A stretch of 64,000 bases of DNA, taken from contig CAWBKB010000006.1 of NCBI GenBank assembly GCA_963789265.1, positions 128,001 to 192,000 of the forward strand, in the 5' to 3' direction. Positions 1-10,332 of the stretch are shown one piece after another. Source of the DNA: an uncultured delta proteobacterium. GTDB taxonomy: Bacteria > Desulfobacterota > Desulfomonilia > Desulfomonilales > Desulfomonilaceae. The notes under the pieces were generated by a model. The model saw only the letters and a list, made by a program, of their open reading frames with translations, was not told the origin of the DNA and made no database searches. Positions within the stretch are counted from its first letter, which is position 1. Each line of letters opens with the position of its first letter. The translations under genes and the position numbers were made by a program.

Positions 1-145
1 GCTGCATCTAGTTGTCAGGGTGGTGGATGACTTTACGAAGAGTTCGTCAGGCCCGATAAGATGGTTGGCAGTCACCGTGGTCAAATCTTTTGTTGACATC
101 GAGCTCACGTGAGGCGGTTCGGCTGGCTATCAAGGAGGCTAATCG

Positions 146-1330
146 ATGAGAACAATAAATATGGACCATGTGGGCGCATCCCAGATCCTCCCTGAGGTGG
201 CCGACGATATGACCCCATTTCTAAGGGAGAAGTACGCCAACCCATCGAGCATTTATGGCCTTGGAGAAGAGATAACCGAGGCAATGGAAGAGGCACGGGA
301 TAAAGTGGCCAATCTAATCAATGCACGCGAGGACGAAGTCATCTTCACGTCAGGGGGAACCGAATCGAATAACTGGGCAGTGAAAGGTGTCATCCAGGCG
401 AATCGAGCTCGGGGAAACCACTTGATAACTTCTTCAGTAGAGCACTTCTCTACAATGCATGCTGCAAGGTCCCTGGAGAATCAGGGCATAGAAGTCACCT
501 GGCTTCCAGTGGACGAGTACGGAATAGTGAATCCCGAGGACGTTGAAAGTGCCATTACACCGCAAACAGTGCTAATTTCCGTGATGCATGCAAACAACGA
601 AGTTGGAAGTATTCAGCCCATAGCTGAAATCGGCCAGATTGCGCGGCAACATAAGATCCTCTTCCACACCGATGCCGTGGCAACGACTGGGGGCATCCCT
701 GTTGACGTAGAGACCCTCAACGTAGATCTCTTATCATTGGCTGCAAACCCGTTTTACGGTCCGTTGGGAGTCGGGGCTATATATATACGTAGAGGCACTA
801 AGGTATCGCCGTTTATGGACGGAGGAAGACAAGAAAGGGGTTTTCGGGCCGGTACCGAAAACGTGTTAGGCATCGTGGGCATGGGGAAAGCCGCTGAAAT
901 TGCCGCAAGTGAAATGTCTGCTCGCATCGCTCACCTTATTCCTCTGAGGGACCGCCTAATCAAGGAGATTCCATCAGCCATAGAAGAGGTCGCTCTTGTG
1001 GGCCATCCTACTCGGCGGCTGCCGGGTAACGCTAGCTTCGTTGTCAGGTATATTGAGGGTGAGTCCATGCTACTCTTTCTGGACATGGGGGGGATCCAAG
1101 TAGCCAGCGGATCGGCCTGCATTTCAATGACGCTCAAGGCTTCCCATGTCTTGTTGGCGATGGGCATCGATCACGGAACAGCTCAGGGATCGCTGCTTTT
1201 AACGCTTGGCCTGGACAATACTGACGAGGACGTTGATGATTTGTTGAGGATATTACCTCCAATCGTTCAGAGACTGCGAGACATGTCCCCACTCTATAAA
1301 AAAATGACGAAGTTTAAGACTGTGGGCTAG
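146..1330 (+). CDS. nifS: Cysteine desulfurase (NifS/IscS family)
   Basis: 394 aa with YANPSS, FTSGGTESNN, HTDAV and SGSAC (catalytic Cys) motifs; AAGGAGG RBS; followed by nifU. Confidence 0.93.
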   Translation: MRTINMDHVGASQILPEVADDMTPFLREKYANPSSIYGLGEEITEAMEEARDKVANLINAREDEVIFTSGGTESNNWAVKGVIQANRARGNHLITSSVEHFSTMHAARSLENQGIEVTWLPVDEYGIVNPEDVESAITPQTVLISVMHANNEVGSIQPIAEIGQIARQHKILFHTDAVATTGGIPVDVETLNVDLLSLAANPFYGPLGVGAIYIRRGTKVSPFMDGGRQERGFRAGTENVLGIVGMGKAAEIAASEMSARIAHLIPLRDRLIKEIPSAIEEVALVGHPTRRLPGNASFVVRYIEGESMLLFLDMGGIQVASGSACISMTLKASHVLLAMGIDHGTAQGSLLLTLGLDNTDEDVDDLLRILPPIVQRLRDMSPLYKKMTKFKTVG

Positions 1331-1455
1331 GCCCGAGGGGACGGCCGACGTGAAAGAGGATAGAAAAGCCGCAAGGAATTACCAAGAGCTAGAGGTATCA
1401 GGCTCTTCGTCACCGCTGCGAGGTGATGGGCCGAAATCACCAAGGGAGTGAGGAT

Positions 1456-1941
1456 ATGTACAGCGAAAAAGTCATGGATCATTTCAAAAATCCTCGAAAC
1501 GTTGGAGAAATTTACGATGCGGATGGCGTCGGCGAAGTGGGCAATCCCGCATGCGGAGACATCATGGCTTTTTATATCAAGGTCAAGGATGACGTTTTGG
1601 AAGACGTCAAATTCAAGACATTCGGATGCGGTGCTGCCATCGCGGTTTCGAGCATGGTCAGTGAGCTGGCCGTGGGCAAAACTCTTGACGAGGCTATGAA
1701 GATCACCAACAAATCAGTAATGGAAGCGCTTGATGGGCTGCCCAAGAAAAAGCACCATTGCTCCAATCTCGGAGCGGATGCCCTGCACCGGGCTATCGAG
1801 GACTATCGGGCCAAGCAGAAAGGCAAGCAGTACCAAAAGCCCCATGATTCACCCGAAGTGTGTGAGTGCCCAATCTGCGATGTAAACGATCCCGAAGAGG
1901 CGCCATATTGTTCTGCCGTGTGCGAACACTCGTCCAAGTAG
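1456..1941 (+). CDS. nifU: Fe-S scaffold protein (NifU/IscU) with Cys-rich C-terminal tail
   Basis: MYSEKVMDHFKNPRNVG, GNPACGD, FGCGAAIA and KHHCS motifs; ATG at 1456 after GGAG. Confidence 0.92.
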   Translation: MYSEKVMDHFKNPRNVGEIYDADGVGEVGNPACGDIMAFYIKVKDDVLEDVKFKTFGCGAAIAVSSMVSELAVGKTLDEAMKITNKSVMEALDGLPKKKHHCSNLGADALHRAIEDYRAKQKGKQYQKPHDSPEVCECPICDVNDPEEAPYCSAVCEHSSK

Positions 1942-2178
1942 CCTTCTTGCCGCATCGCCGTAAGTTTGAGCTGGGCCAAGAACGCCAGATGCCAACATGC
2001 CGTCTGAGAGGCCGTGGAAAGGTCTCAAGGAAGTTCCGCCGAAACAGGAGCACTCCTGTGGTAACACCCCGAGGTCAAACATCTATCAGCAGTTCCTCGG
2101 ATGCGCCATGAGGTGGCTTGCATGAGATGGCGGATCTCTGTGAACGGGTCTTTCAGGGTGTTTTAGGACTCCTTTTCA

Positions 2179-2289
2179 CAAATACGGTCTCTTATTCTGG
2201 TACCGTAGCCGTCATTCCCGCGCATGCGGGAATCCAGTAGGACCGGCCTCCGTGCCGGTTATTCGCGAAACGCCGGCAGGGACGCCGGC
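2179..2289. repeat. About 110-bp REP-like dispersed repeat (inverted copy at 10757-10863)
   Basis: caaatac..tattctggtaccgtagccgtcattcccgcgcaYgcgggaatccag..cgccggcagggacgccggc is near-identical to the reverse complement of 10757-10863. Confidence 0.85.
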
Positions 2290-2329
2290 GCTACCGTGCA
2301 ATTGGCGCCGTAATGATGAAATTCTGTAC

Positions 2330-2938
2330 TTAGCCAAATGCCGCAACATCGCCCTTTCCCGCGCGAAGCACCTTGGGCTCTTCTTCGAGCAGGCTGATAA
2401 TCGAAGAAGGTTCCGGTAAAAACACGCCCCCATCGATTACAAGGTCCACTTGGCCTTTGTACATACCGTCGATCACCCTGGGATCATCCAGGAGTTGATC
2501 GTCGGGCATGCGCACAGACGAGCTGAGGATAGGGTTTCCCAGTTCGGTCACCAGGGCCTGGCAGATGCGATTGTCAGGAATACGAATCCCAACTTCGTTG
2601 CGTTTCGTCAGCACTATCCTCGGGACCAGTCGTGTGGCCTTCAGGACAAAGGTGTAAGGGCCGGGCAAGTAACGTCGCAAGATCTTGTACGCGTTGTCGC
2701 TCACCTGTGCGTACTGAGAAATCGTCTTCAGGTCCGCAAAAACAAAGGAAAGATGCCTCTTGGGGTCGATTTTCTTGATCCGGCGGACTCTATCAAGAGC
2801 TTTCTTGCTCTTAATATCGCAACCAAGGCCGTATACAGTATCGGTGGGATAAACTATAACGCCGTCGGTACGGAGAACATCTGCGACTCGAGCAATATGC
2901 CTGGGTTGAGGATGAAGTTGATTTATTTGGAGAATCAT
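2330..2938 (-). CDS. L-threonylcarbamoyladenylate synthase-like protein (Sua5/YciO/YrdC family)
   Basis: YPTDTVYGLGC, LPGPYTF and VGIRIPD motifs. Confidence 0.9.
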   Translation of the reverse strand: MILQINQLHPQPRHIARVADVLRTDGVIVYPTDTVYGLGCDIKSKKALDRVRRIKKIDPKRHLSFVFADLKTISQYAQVSDNAYKILRRYLPGPYTFVLKATRLVPRIVLTKRNEVGIRIPDNRICQALVTELGNPILSSSVRMPDDQLLDDPRVIDGMYKGQVDLVIDGGVFLPEPSSIISLLEEEPKVLRAGKGDVAAFG

Positions 2939-3015
2939 GGCCGGTGCCTCGTGCAATAAATTTACCGGAAAAGGCCAAGGCAGGCCGGCAAACGAAACCT
3001 GCCGTCAGTGGAAGA

Positions 3016-4176
3016 TTAGCTTAAATCTCTGGAATTTTGGGGGCAATCCACTGAGCCTGAGTAAACTACCCGCCCGTCAAGCAGAATATCGCAGCCGACA
3101 CGGAAGGCTTTTACCGTGACGAGCCGCGGAGCTTGCTCCAACCTGCTGATCCCGTTGCCCCCCACGCCCGATGGAGCGTTTGTTCCGCCGATTATGATGG
3201 GGGCATAGAAGAATAAGCACCGGTCCACCACTCCCGCGTCGAGTGCTCCCCAGGCCAAAGTCGCTCCACCTTCAATAAGGACTGAGGTAATACCAACCTT
3301 GTACAAACGATTTAGCAGATCGGTCATGTCCACGCGCGTGGATCCCTTGGTACTCAGGATATTGGCGCCATGTTGCTCCAGAATGGCTTTGTTGTCCCGC
3401 GGAGGTTCTTTCCGCGTTGCTATTATGACCGCAGCCGCCGAATCGGGATTGAAGATCGCAGCGCTCGCCGGGGTTCTCAAATTCGAGTCCACCACAATAC
3501 GAACGGGATCGCGTCCTCGGCCATCCGGCAGACGGGTCGTCAACATGGGATTGTCCGCAAGAACCGTCCCCACGCCCACCATAATGGCCGATACGCGATC
3601 TCTCAGCCTGTGGACCTTTTGTCGAGAAGCTTCGCACGTAATCCAGCGCGCGTGGCCGGTTTTTGTGGCGATTCGCCCGTCAAGACTCATGGCCAACTTC
3701 AGGAAGACAAACGGACGGTGAAGGGTGACGTTGGTTAGATACACTTCGTTGATTCGGCGGCAGCGGTTTTCAATCACATGGCCTATAACTTCTATGCCGG
3801 CCTCTCTCAGGGTCTTGGCACCTCCACCCCGAACGCCCGGGTTCAGATCGTCCATGCCGTACCAAACCCGAGCGATTCCTGCTTCGCGGATCGCGTCCGT
3901 ACACGGAGGTGTGCGACCGTGATGATTGCACGGCTCCAGTGTCACATACAGCTCGGCCCCGCGTGCCTCGGAACCGGCGGAACGAATGGCCTCCACTTCG
4001 GCGTGCGCTTCTCCGGCAGCACGATGGTAACCTTTTCCCACCACCTTGCCGTTTTTAACGAGCACTGCCCCAACAGCGGGATTGGGGGCAGTTCGTCCGA
4101 CTCCGCGGCGTGCAAGCCGAAGGGCCATAGCCATAAAACGTTCGGCTTCACGGGGAATCGTGGACTGTTGCGCCAT
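3016..4176 (-). CDS. ribD: Bifunctional riboflavin deaminase/reductase RibD
   Basis: [18 protein letters not shown] and KLAMSLDG motifs; start uncertain (4176 or 4230). Confidence 0.93.
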   Translation of the reverse strand: MAQQSTIPREAERFMAMALRLARRGVGRTAPNPAVGAVLVKNGKVVGKGYHRAAGEAHAEVEAIRSAGSEARGAELYVTLEPCNHHGRTPPCTDAIREAGIARVWYGMDDLNPGVRGGGAKTLREAGIEVIGHVIENRCRRINEVYLTNVTLHRPFVFLKLAMSLDGRIATKTGHARWITCEASRQKVHRLRDRVSAIMVGVGTVLADNPMLTTRLPDGRGRDPVRIVVDSNLRTPASAAIFNPDSAAAVIIATRKEPPRDNKAILEQHGANILSTKGSTRVDMTDLLNRLYKVGITSVLIEGGATLAWGALDAGVVDRCLFFYAPIIIGGTNAPSGVGGNGISRLEQAPRLVTVKAFRVGCDILLDGRVVYSGSVDCPQNSRDLS

Positions 4177-4672
4177 TATCCGGGGGGCCGCTTTCAGGTG
4201 GCCGTTGCTCCCGGGCTTCTCTGAGTTCATACAATTCCTTTATCTCTTTCATAAATTCTTCAATGTCCCGGAAAGACCGATACACCGATGCAAAACGTAC
4301 ATAAGCGACGTCATCCATGCGCTTGAGTTCCTCCATTACCCGCTCGCCTATATACGCAACATTGATCTCCTTTTCCGGCCTTTCCATTAACTCCTGCTCG
4401 ATGGAGTCGGCAACCACCTCAATTTTGTCTATGCTAACCGGTCTTTTTTCGCAGGCCCGGCGCATCCCTTCGACAATCTTTCTTCGATCGAACGCCTCGC
4501 GACGGCCGTCTTTTTTGATGACATACGGCAGGATCTCTTCTATCCTCTCGTAAGTCGTAAACCTTTTTTTGCAGTTGAGGCACTCGCGTCGTCGACGAAT
4601 CACCGAATTGTCCTTACCGAGGCGGGAGTCGATCACTCTGTCATCGATAGCTCCGCAGGCAGGGCATCTCAT
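4148..4672 (-). CDS. nrdR: Transcriptional repressor NrdR
   Basis: MRCPAC..DSR..IRRRREC..RFTTYE, ATP cone and [11 protein letters not shown]; conserved nrdR-ribD linkage. Confidence 0.96.
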   Translation of the reverse strand: MRCPACGAIDDRVIDSRLGKDNSVIRRRRECLNCKKRFTTYERIEEILPYVIKKDGRREAFDRRKIVEGMRRACEKRPVSIDKIEVVADSIEQELMERPEKEINVAYIGERVMEELKRMDDVAYVRFASVYRSFRDIEEFMKEIKELYELREAREQRPPESGPPDNGATVHDSP

Positions 4673-4867
4673 TTTAACCGCCTTTCAGCGCGTAGTCAGT
4701 AAAATATTATCGCCGGCAGATATTTATAATGAATCCCGGTATGATGCAAGTAAAATAAAGAATTATGGTAATCCTTTGCCGAGGATAGCCCGGAGTACGC
4801 AGAGAAATTTGTACTCGTTCCTTTTCTCTGAATTGAGGCACGGCGCATTAGGAACCGCAACGGTGAA

Positions 4868-5077
4868 GAGACTGTCTCAAAACTCTTGAACTGGACGCAA
4901 TAGTAACACGAAATTCCCTCACCCTTACCCTCTCCCAAAGGGCGAGGGGACGTTAATAGAGACCTTGGATCAGCTCCCTCTCCCTCTGGGAGAGGGCTGG
5001 GGTGAGGGCACCGAAAATGACCACCAGGCTTAATCGTGGCACGATTTTGGGCATCAAAATGGTTTTGAGACAGTTTC
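4868..5077. mobile_element. MITE with 15-bp TIRs and 4-bp TGAA direct repeats, carrying REP-like palindromes
   Basis: gagactgtctcaaaa ... ttttgagacagtttc, flanked by tgaa on both sides; internal ccctcaccc..ccctctccc..gggagaggg repeats. Confidence 0.75.
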
Positions 5078-5219
5078 TGAAGGCTTGCCAGGCCGACGTT
5101 GCACCGATTTGGAGTATGGCACGTTAGGGAAGCGGCTATTTCTCTCTGCGACTTCGGCATTCTTTGCGTTGAACCTCGCCGGAGGGTTCTAAGCATTCAC
5201 TTACGAGCGGTAAGAGATT

Positions 5220-5449
5220 GTCATTGCGAGCGAAGCGAAGCAATCTTTTCCTTTTAACGCCGCTTATAGCCGTTGCCAAAAGTAATGACCTGTTCACCAC
5301 CCGTCACCCCGGCGAAGGCCGGGGTCCAGAACATATTGAAAAGACTGGATTCCGGCCGCCGCCGGGATGACGGCGTCAGGCTACCTCTAATCGGACAAAA
5401 CTTTTGGCAATGGGTATAGATTGCTTCGTCGTTTCACTCCTCGCAATGA
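5220..5449. repeat. gtcattgcgag-type REP pair interrupted by a TA-flanked MITE (5265-5418)
   Basis: Outer arms gtcattgcgag..aagcaatct / agattgctt..ctcgcaatgac; inner TIRs tatagccgttgccaaaag / cttttggcaatgggtata. Confidence 0.75.
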
Positions 5450-5505
5450 CAAGGTACAGAAGATCCCCTGCATAAGTGAATGGATCCGAGAGTTGAATTC
5501 GTTTC

Positions 5506-5533
5506 TTGACAAGTTCACTCGCGGGGCTATCCT
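5506..5533 (+). promoter_or_regulatory. Possible sigma70 promoter
   Basis: TTGACA-N16-TATCCT about 110 bp upstream of the molybdopterin oxidoreductase start. Confidence 0.4.
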
Positions 5534-5644
5534 AGAATCGTCCAAAATTCGAGCGGATTTCCGGAAAGTGCCGGGCCGGCTTCCTGAGCGAAGGCCTTTG
5601 TTTGACTTCACAAGGTGGGGGCATTACTCGATCGGAGCAACAAA

Positions 5645-7762
5645 ATGGTGAACAAAAGAGTCGAACGGTCCGCCTGTCGGATGTGCCACGGCGTGTGCCA
5701 GGTTCTTGTCCACATGGAAGGAGACAGAGTCGTCAAGATCGCCGGAGATCCCGACAGTTACACCAGCCGAGGCTATCTGTGCCCCAAAGGTGCTGCCTCG
5801 CCTCAGTTGCTCTATCACCCCGATCGCCTCACCCATCCTCTGCGCCGAGCGGGGCAACGCGGCGAAAACAAATGGACGCACGTTTCGTGGGATGATGCAC
5901 TCGACGAGATGGCCGAGCGTCTGAGCGCTATCAAAAGAGAGAGCGGCTCTGAATATTTCGCGATGATGCAGGGCACAGGACGGCCCTATACCGGGTTCAC
6001 GGCACGGTTCGCCAATGCCTTCGGAACTCCGAATTTCACCGGCGACACGCATATTTGCTATTTTCCGCGTGTTGTGGCGTCAATTTTTACCCTGGGACAG
6101 CTTCCCGTATGCGACGTCTACGGTTTTGGCGGTGAACGGCCGGCATGCGTAGTGGTGTGGGGATGCAACGTAACCTATGCCGGAGCTTCCGACGGAATGT
6201 GCGGAGGAATGGTGCAAAGGGCAATCAAGGCCGCGCGGAAAGTTATCGTGGTGGACCCGAGGCGGATCGGCCCGGCAGAAAATGCCGACCATTGGCTACA
6301 GGTGCGGCCGGGAACAGATGGTGCCCTGGCGCTTGCCATGATAAACACGATTATTGCCGAGGAACTGGTTGACCTGGATTTTGTGGAAAATTACACGATA
6401 GGCTTCGATTCGCTGGTGGAGCATGTTCGTCCATTCACGCCTGAATGGGCCGAGAGCATTTCAAGGGTCCCTGCGACCGACATCCGGTCCGCGGCACGCA
6501 CGTACGCAACCACTAAACCTGCGTGTATTCAATGGGGCATGGCCCTGGATGCAAGCCCGTGCAGCTTTCAGACCGCTCGTTCTCTGCTCATACTCCGTGC
6601 CTTGACCGGCAACATTGACCGACCCGGTAGTGATGTCCTGTGGATCCCGCCGGAAAAGGTTCGCCAGAAATCGCCTTTCATGAATCATGAAGTTGTCGGT
6701 GAGCATTTCTTGCCGCCGGAGAAGGCCGCTCGGGCCATTGATGCGGGGAAATACCCGATGAATCCTATAGTGCACCCGCCGTCGTTCTGGCGCTCGGTCA
6801 TTACAGGCGAACCCTACCGGATTCGGGCTTTCTGGATTGTGGGGTCAAATCCGCTTCTCACTATGACGCATTCTTTGGAAATTGAGAAGGCCCTGAATAT
6901 GATTGAATTTGTTGTTGTCTCGGATCTTTTCCTCACACCGACGGCCCAGCTTGCCGATCTGGTGTTGCCTGCGGTGACATGGCTGGAACAGGAAGACGTG
7001 TTTAACCTTCACAAGATCTGGTGCGTGCTTGCCAGGAAGAAACTCGCGCAAATCGGTGAAAGCCGGGACGATCGCGAAGTGATCATTCAACTCGCAAGAA
7101 GACTGGGCTTGGAAGAGGCGTTTCCCTGGGACGATTTGCGGCACTACAACGAATGGATCCTTGAAGAAACGGGCATGAGCTTTGATGAGTTTTGCGAGAA
7201 AGGGATTATGAAAGGCGAGATGCGATACGACAAATACAAAACCGAAGGCTTTGGCACACCTTCCGGCAAGTTCGAGATATACTCGGAGAGACTGAAATCG
7301 CTGGGCGTTGCCCCGTTGCCTATTTACAGAGAGCCGCCCTTCACACCGGTCTCTGCTGCGGAGGTAGCCGAGAAATATCCGCTGGTATTGACCAACTCGG
7401 GAAAAGTCAGAGAGTTTTTTCTCAGTGAGGGCAGGCAGATAGATGCTCTCAGGAAGGCGAATCCCGATCCGCTCGTAGAAATTCATCCTGACACCGCAGA
7501 AAAGTTGAGCATTGGCGAAGGCGATTGGGTGTGGATAGAGACAAGGATCGCGCGAGTAAAAATGCGAGCGAAGTACTTCGATGGAATTGCCCGAGACGTC
7601 GTTGCTGCTCAGTTCGGGTGGTGGTTTCCCGAAAAGCCTCCTCCCGAGTACGGGTGGAAAGAAAGCAGCATGAACCTGCTATACGGCGATGAGGTGTACG
7701 ATCCGGATACCGGCTCCGAGCCGTTGAACGGCATCCCGTGCAGAGTGTATCCGTGCGGATAA
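5645..7762 (+). CDS. Mo/W-bis-PGD oxidoreductase, acetylene-hydratase-like subgroup
   Basis: N-terminal CxxCxxxC..CPKG 4Fe-4S motif, VVDPRR, GTDGALAL, TPTAQLADLVLP and C-terminal molydop-binding domain; no Tat signal. Confidence 0.88.
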   Translation: MVNKRVERSACRMCHGVCQVLVHMEGDRVVKIAGDPDSYTSRGYLCPKGAASPQLLYHPDRLTHPLRRAGQRGENKWTHVSWDDALDEMAERLSAIKRESGSEYFAMMQGTGRPYTGFTARFANAFGTPNFTGDTHICYFPRVVASIFTLGQLPVCDVYGFGGERPACVVVWGCNVTYAGASDGMCGGMVQRAIKAARKVIVVDPRRIGPAENADHWLQVRPGTDGALALAMINTIIAEELVDLDFVENYTIGFDSLVEHVRPFTPEWAESISRVPATDIRSAARTYATTKPACIQWGMALDASPCSFQTARSLLILRALTGNIDRPGSDVLWIPPEKVRQKSPFMNHEVVGEHFLPPEKAARAIDAGKYPMNPIVHPPSFWRSVITGEPYRIRAFWIVGSNPLLTMTHSLEIEKALNMIEFVVVSDLFLTPTAQLADLVLPAVTWLEQEDVFNLHKIWCVLARKKLAQIGESRDDREVIIQLARRLGLEEAFPWDDLRHYNEWILEETGMSFDEFCEKGIMKGEMRYDKYKTEGFGTPSGKFEIYSERLKSLGVAPLPIYREPPFTPVSAAEVAEKYPLVLTNSGKVREFFLSEGRQIDALRKANPDPLVEIHPDTAEKLSIGEGDWVWIETRIARVKMRAKYFDGIARDVVAAQFGWWFPEKPPPEYGWKESSMNLLYGDEVYDPDTGSEPLNGIPCRVYPCG

Positions 7763-7936
7763 AAACCGATCTCAGGGTGGGATTCGGAATTGCTCTTCTC
7801 GCGTCTCGCGGGATTACAGACCGGTATTTGGGGTGCCCCATCGGATAGACGTACAGCGAAAACAGAATTCTCCGCGATCTATGCGTTCTCCGCGGTGAAC
7901 TATTGCGTTTTATGCTCCAAGATGTGCCGCACTCTT

Positions 7937-8158
7937 GAGCCCGACGGGGCTCAAATACAAGCGTCCCGGAGGGACTGCACGATAGTAGCCCGGCGATTTA
8001 TCGCCGGGAATGAACGGCCAAGAGATCCTTCTTCGTTCCCGAGGGGCGCCCGAAGGATACATCCTTCGGGCGCCCCTCGGGAACGAAGATTGAATCATTG
8101 CTTATCGGCCACCCGGCAATGAATTGCCGGGCTACTATCATTGAGCCCCGTCGGGCTC
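7937..8158. repeat. About 220-bp nested palindrome with a perfect 29-bp inner stem
   Basis: Arm 8030-8058 is the exact reverse complement of 8061-8089; outer arms 7937-7954 / 8141-8158 and 7981-8008 / 8112-8139. Confidence 0.9.
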
Positions 8159-8278
8159 ACAGAGGGCAGGCTCGTTATTTTAACGCCTATGCCCCTTCAC
8201 GAAACGGGACAAAAATCGGTAAGTTAACGCCTATGAGGCGGAGCCTGGGAACGAGAAAATGAAAGTGTTGTTAAACCT

Positions 8279-8345
8279 GTGGGGCGGGCTTTCCAGCCTG
8301 CCGCTGACAAGTTAAGAAAAAGGCGGGCTGGAAAGCCCGCCCCAC
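8279..8345. repeat. gtggggcgggctttccagc REP-like inverted pair (family also at about 27263-27373 and 59425-59491)
   Basis: gtggggcgggctttccagcctgcc ... ggcgggctggaaagcccgccccac. Confidence 0.8.
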
Positions 8346-8421
8346 GGGACTGAATGGTTGAATTTATTTTCTAAGGGTGGTCCGCACACACCATACGGTG
8401 TGCGCGGAACAAGCCGAGCAG

Positions 8422-10332
8422 TTAGAAAGTGATCAACAGAGTGGATTGAACTCCGAAGATCGGATCGATCTTTCGGCCAAGCGCCCACGTCGCATTGGCT
8501 TCGGATAAGGCTGTCTCATGAATCCCCCCAGCGGTAGTAGGGGAAGCGCCCACGTTTGCGGCGGGGCTGCCGGTGAGTCTGTACAGGTGAGCCGTGTTCG
8601 GATACGCATATGACCAAAACGAACCCGGCTGCCATATACAAGCCTTTACGCTCCAGGTAAAATTTTCAAGGAGCTTCCAATCGAAACCTCCATCCACTTC
8701 CCATCCTATGTCTTTTGCATTTTCAGGACATGCATGACCGACTTCCAATCCACTCTTGATTTTGAATATGTCGTCGTTGCTGAAGGTTCTCGCTGACGAA
8801 ACATAATCGCCGCCGAGCCTGTAGGCGTTCGGGTGCTCGCGCCAGGCGTACGAGTAAAGAAACCAGCAGTTGAGGTTCGAGGCCACCGCGTAATCAAAGC
8901 GCGCCCCAACATGTTTGAAGTTGGAAGGCTGCCCCAGGCCTCCTGTATCCCAGCAGCTCCCTGTGCCATACAACTCGTACATGAGGTAGCCCCAGTCCTT
9001 TATATAAATGGACGAAAAGCCTTCATCACCGAAGTACGCTTCTTGCGCGGTCCGAACGCTCGGGTCCTGTCCCGTAGCCCCCACGAAGTTGAAGGTGAAC
9101 TTCGCGGGTCCGCATATTCCGCCGAATTCGGTGCCGAAAATCCAGGAATCCACGTCCTTGTACAGGTTGTGGAGCACTGTCGGTCCTACTACCTCGTGGA
9201 GGCCGCTACCGGAGTGCCACTGATATAGGGCCGTGCCTTCAAGATTCCAAAAGACGCGGCCGTTGAAGTACCTGAAACCCGACGTGATTCGATACCTCAT
9301 GAAGTCGTCATCAGTAGGATATGTCCCGGCCGTCGTGGCGCTAAATGCCCCCGGATAACCGTTGACGAGGCTACGGCTAACCACGGCGGGGACATGATTC
9401 TGAGCGTAAGTATCGGACTGTATCCAAAAATCCAATGGGCCGTTTGCGTAAAAGATTTCACCTTCCGCTGCCCTGAAGAAGTCTCGGCGTATGTTTTGCC
9501 GCTGATATGCGTGCGGCCCTTCATTTCTCGATGAAGTTCCCTTAACTGAAGAGTTGGTCATCCAGCTTGACTGGCTGCGACACAAATACGGGATAAGGCC
9601 GAACCTGAAGGGACCGTAATAGGAGATGATCTCGAAAGACGCGGAAGGATACTGGGCTGAGTTTTTCCACAACCCCATACCAACGCCGCTGGGCCTATAC
9701 CCCATAGCAAAATCAAGCATAGGAGTTTGGACGTACGCTTTGAGCCATTGCACAGTCACGTAGGTTTGCGGAACGTCTGTCGCGGAAAAACACTCGTTTA
9801 TCGGCGCGTATACGGAGTTCACAAACCCCGCGCCCGGAGTTGCCTGTGCGGTCTTGTAGGGTTCCCCGTCGGTCCATATTCCCAAGGAAGTCAATCCGAT
9901 ATTGGCCGAAAGTGTGATGGCCGGGTTGACTTTTATTTCGGGCAGGAGGGTCATCCTGTTGTCCATGTAAGCGACTTCCGGACCCCAGTTGTTTTCGCCT
10001 GCCATAACACCAAAACCCAGGATGTAAGGCCCAGTAGGCGAGGGTGGGGTGCTAATCAGGTTACCAAGCGCATTACCATCTTGAGCTGTCCCGCCGTTCG
10101 CCGGAGCAATCGGGTTGTTGATGCTCGATGTCGGAAAAGTCTTGAGATGGTTCATGCCCAGATCCACGTTGTGTGAGTCCATGTGTCCAAAAATGTCGCG
10201 GTCACCGGTGCGGGTCCAGTAACGGTACCGCATTTCCCATTCACCCTTCATCGTGAGTTCCCAACAATATGCAGGTATCGTCCAGGCTGCTAACAGCAAG
10301 GCGATAACGGCAATCCTCCCGAATAACCTCAT
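8422..10332 (-). CDS. Putative outer-membrane beta-barrel (porin-like) protein, paralog of 56595-58262
   Basis: Signal peptide, aromatic-rich beta strands and C-terminal Phe; shares ARxDYAVAxNLN, GWE..DWKLLE and WQPG blocks with the paralog. Confidence 0.7.
   Translation of the reverse strand: MRLFGRIAVIALLLAAWTIPAYCWELTMKGEWEMRYRYWTRTGDRDIFGHMDSHNVDLGMNHLKTFPTSSINNPIAPANGGTAQDGNALGNLISTPPSPTGPYILGFGVMAGENNWGPEVAYMDNRMTLLPEIKVNPAITLSANIGLTSLGIWTDGEPYKTAQATPGAGFVNSVYAPINECFSATDVPQTYVTVQWLKAYVQTPMLDFAMGYRPSGVGMGLWKNSAQYPSASFEIISYYGPFRFGLIPYLCRSQSSWMTNSSVKGTSSRNEGPHAYQRQNIRRDFFRAAEGEIFYANGPLDFWIQSDTYAQNHVPAVVSRSLVNGYPGAFSATTAGTYPTDDDFMRYRITSGFRYFNGRVFWNLEGTALYQWHSGSGLHEVVGPTVLHNLYKDVDSWIFGTEFGGICGPAKFTFNFVGATGQDPSVRTAQEAYFGDEGFSSIYIKDWGYLMYELYGTGSCWDTGGLGQPSNFKHVGARFDYAVASNLNCWFLYSYAWREHPNAYRLGGDYVSSARTFSNDDIFKIKSGLEVGHACPENAKDIGWEVDGGFDWKLLENFTWSVKACIWQPGSFWSYAYPNTAHLYRLTGSPAANVGASPTTAGGIHETALSEANATWALGRKIDPIFGVQSTLLITF

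Noticed and set aside
1..112. Possible selenocysteine read-through (SCQGGG-TGA-LYEEF) upstream of nifS
   Set aside because: The gene is cut by the window edge, another frame is open to 112, and I see no convincing SECIS hairpin; unresolved
1942..2170. Possible ncRNA or riboswitch after nifU
   Set aside because: No recognisable conserved motif
4696..5196. 166-aa ORF and similar ORFs at 7790, 13689, 27129 and 58328
   Set aside because: They run through REP/MITE repeats and show no protein motifs
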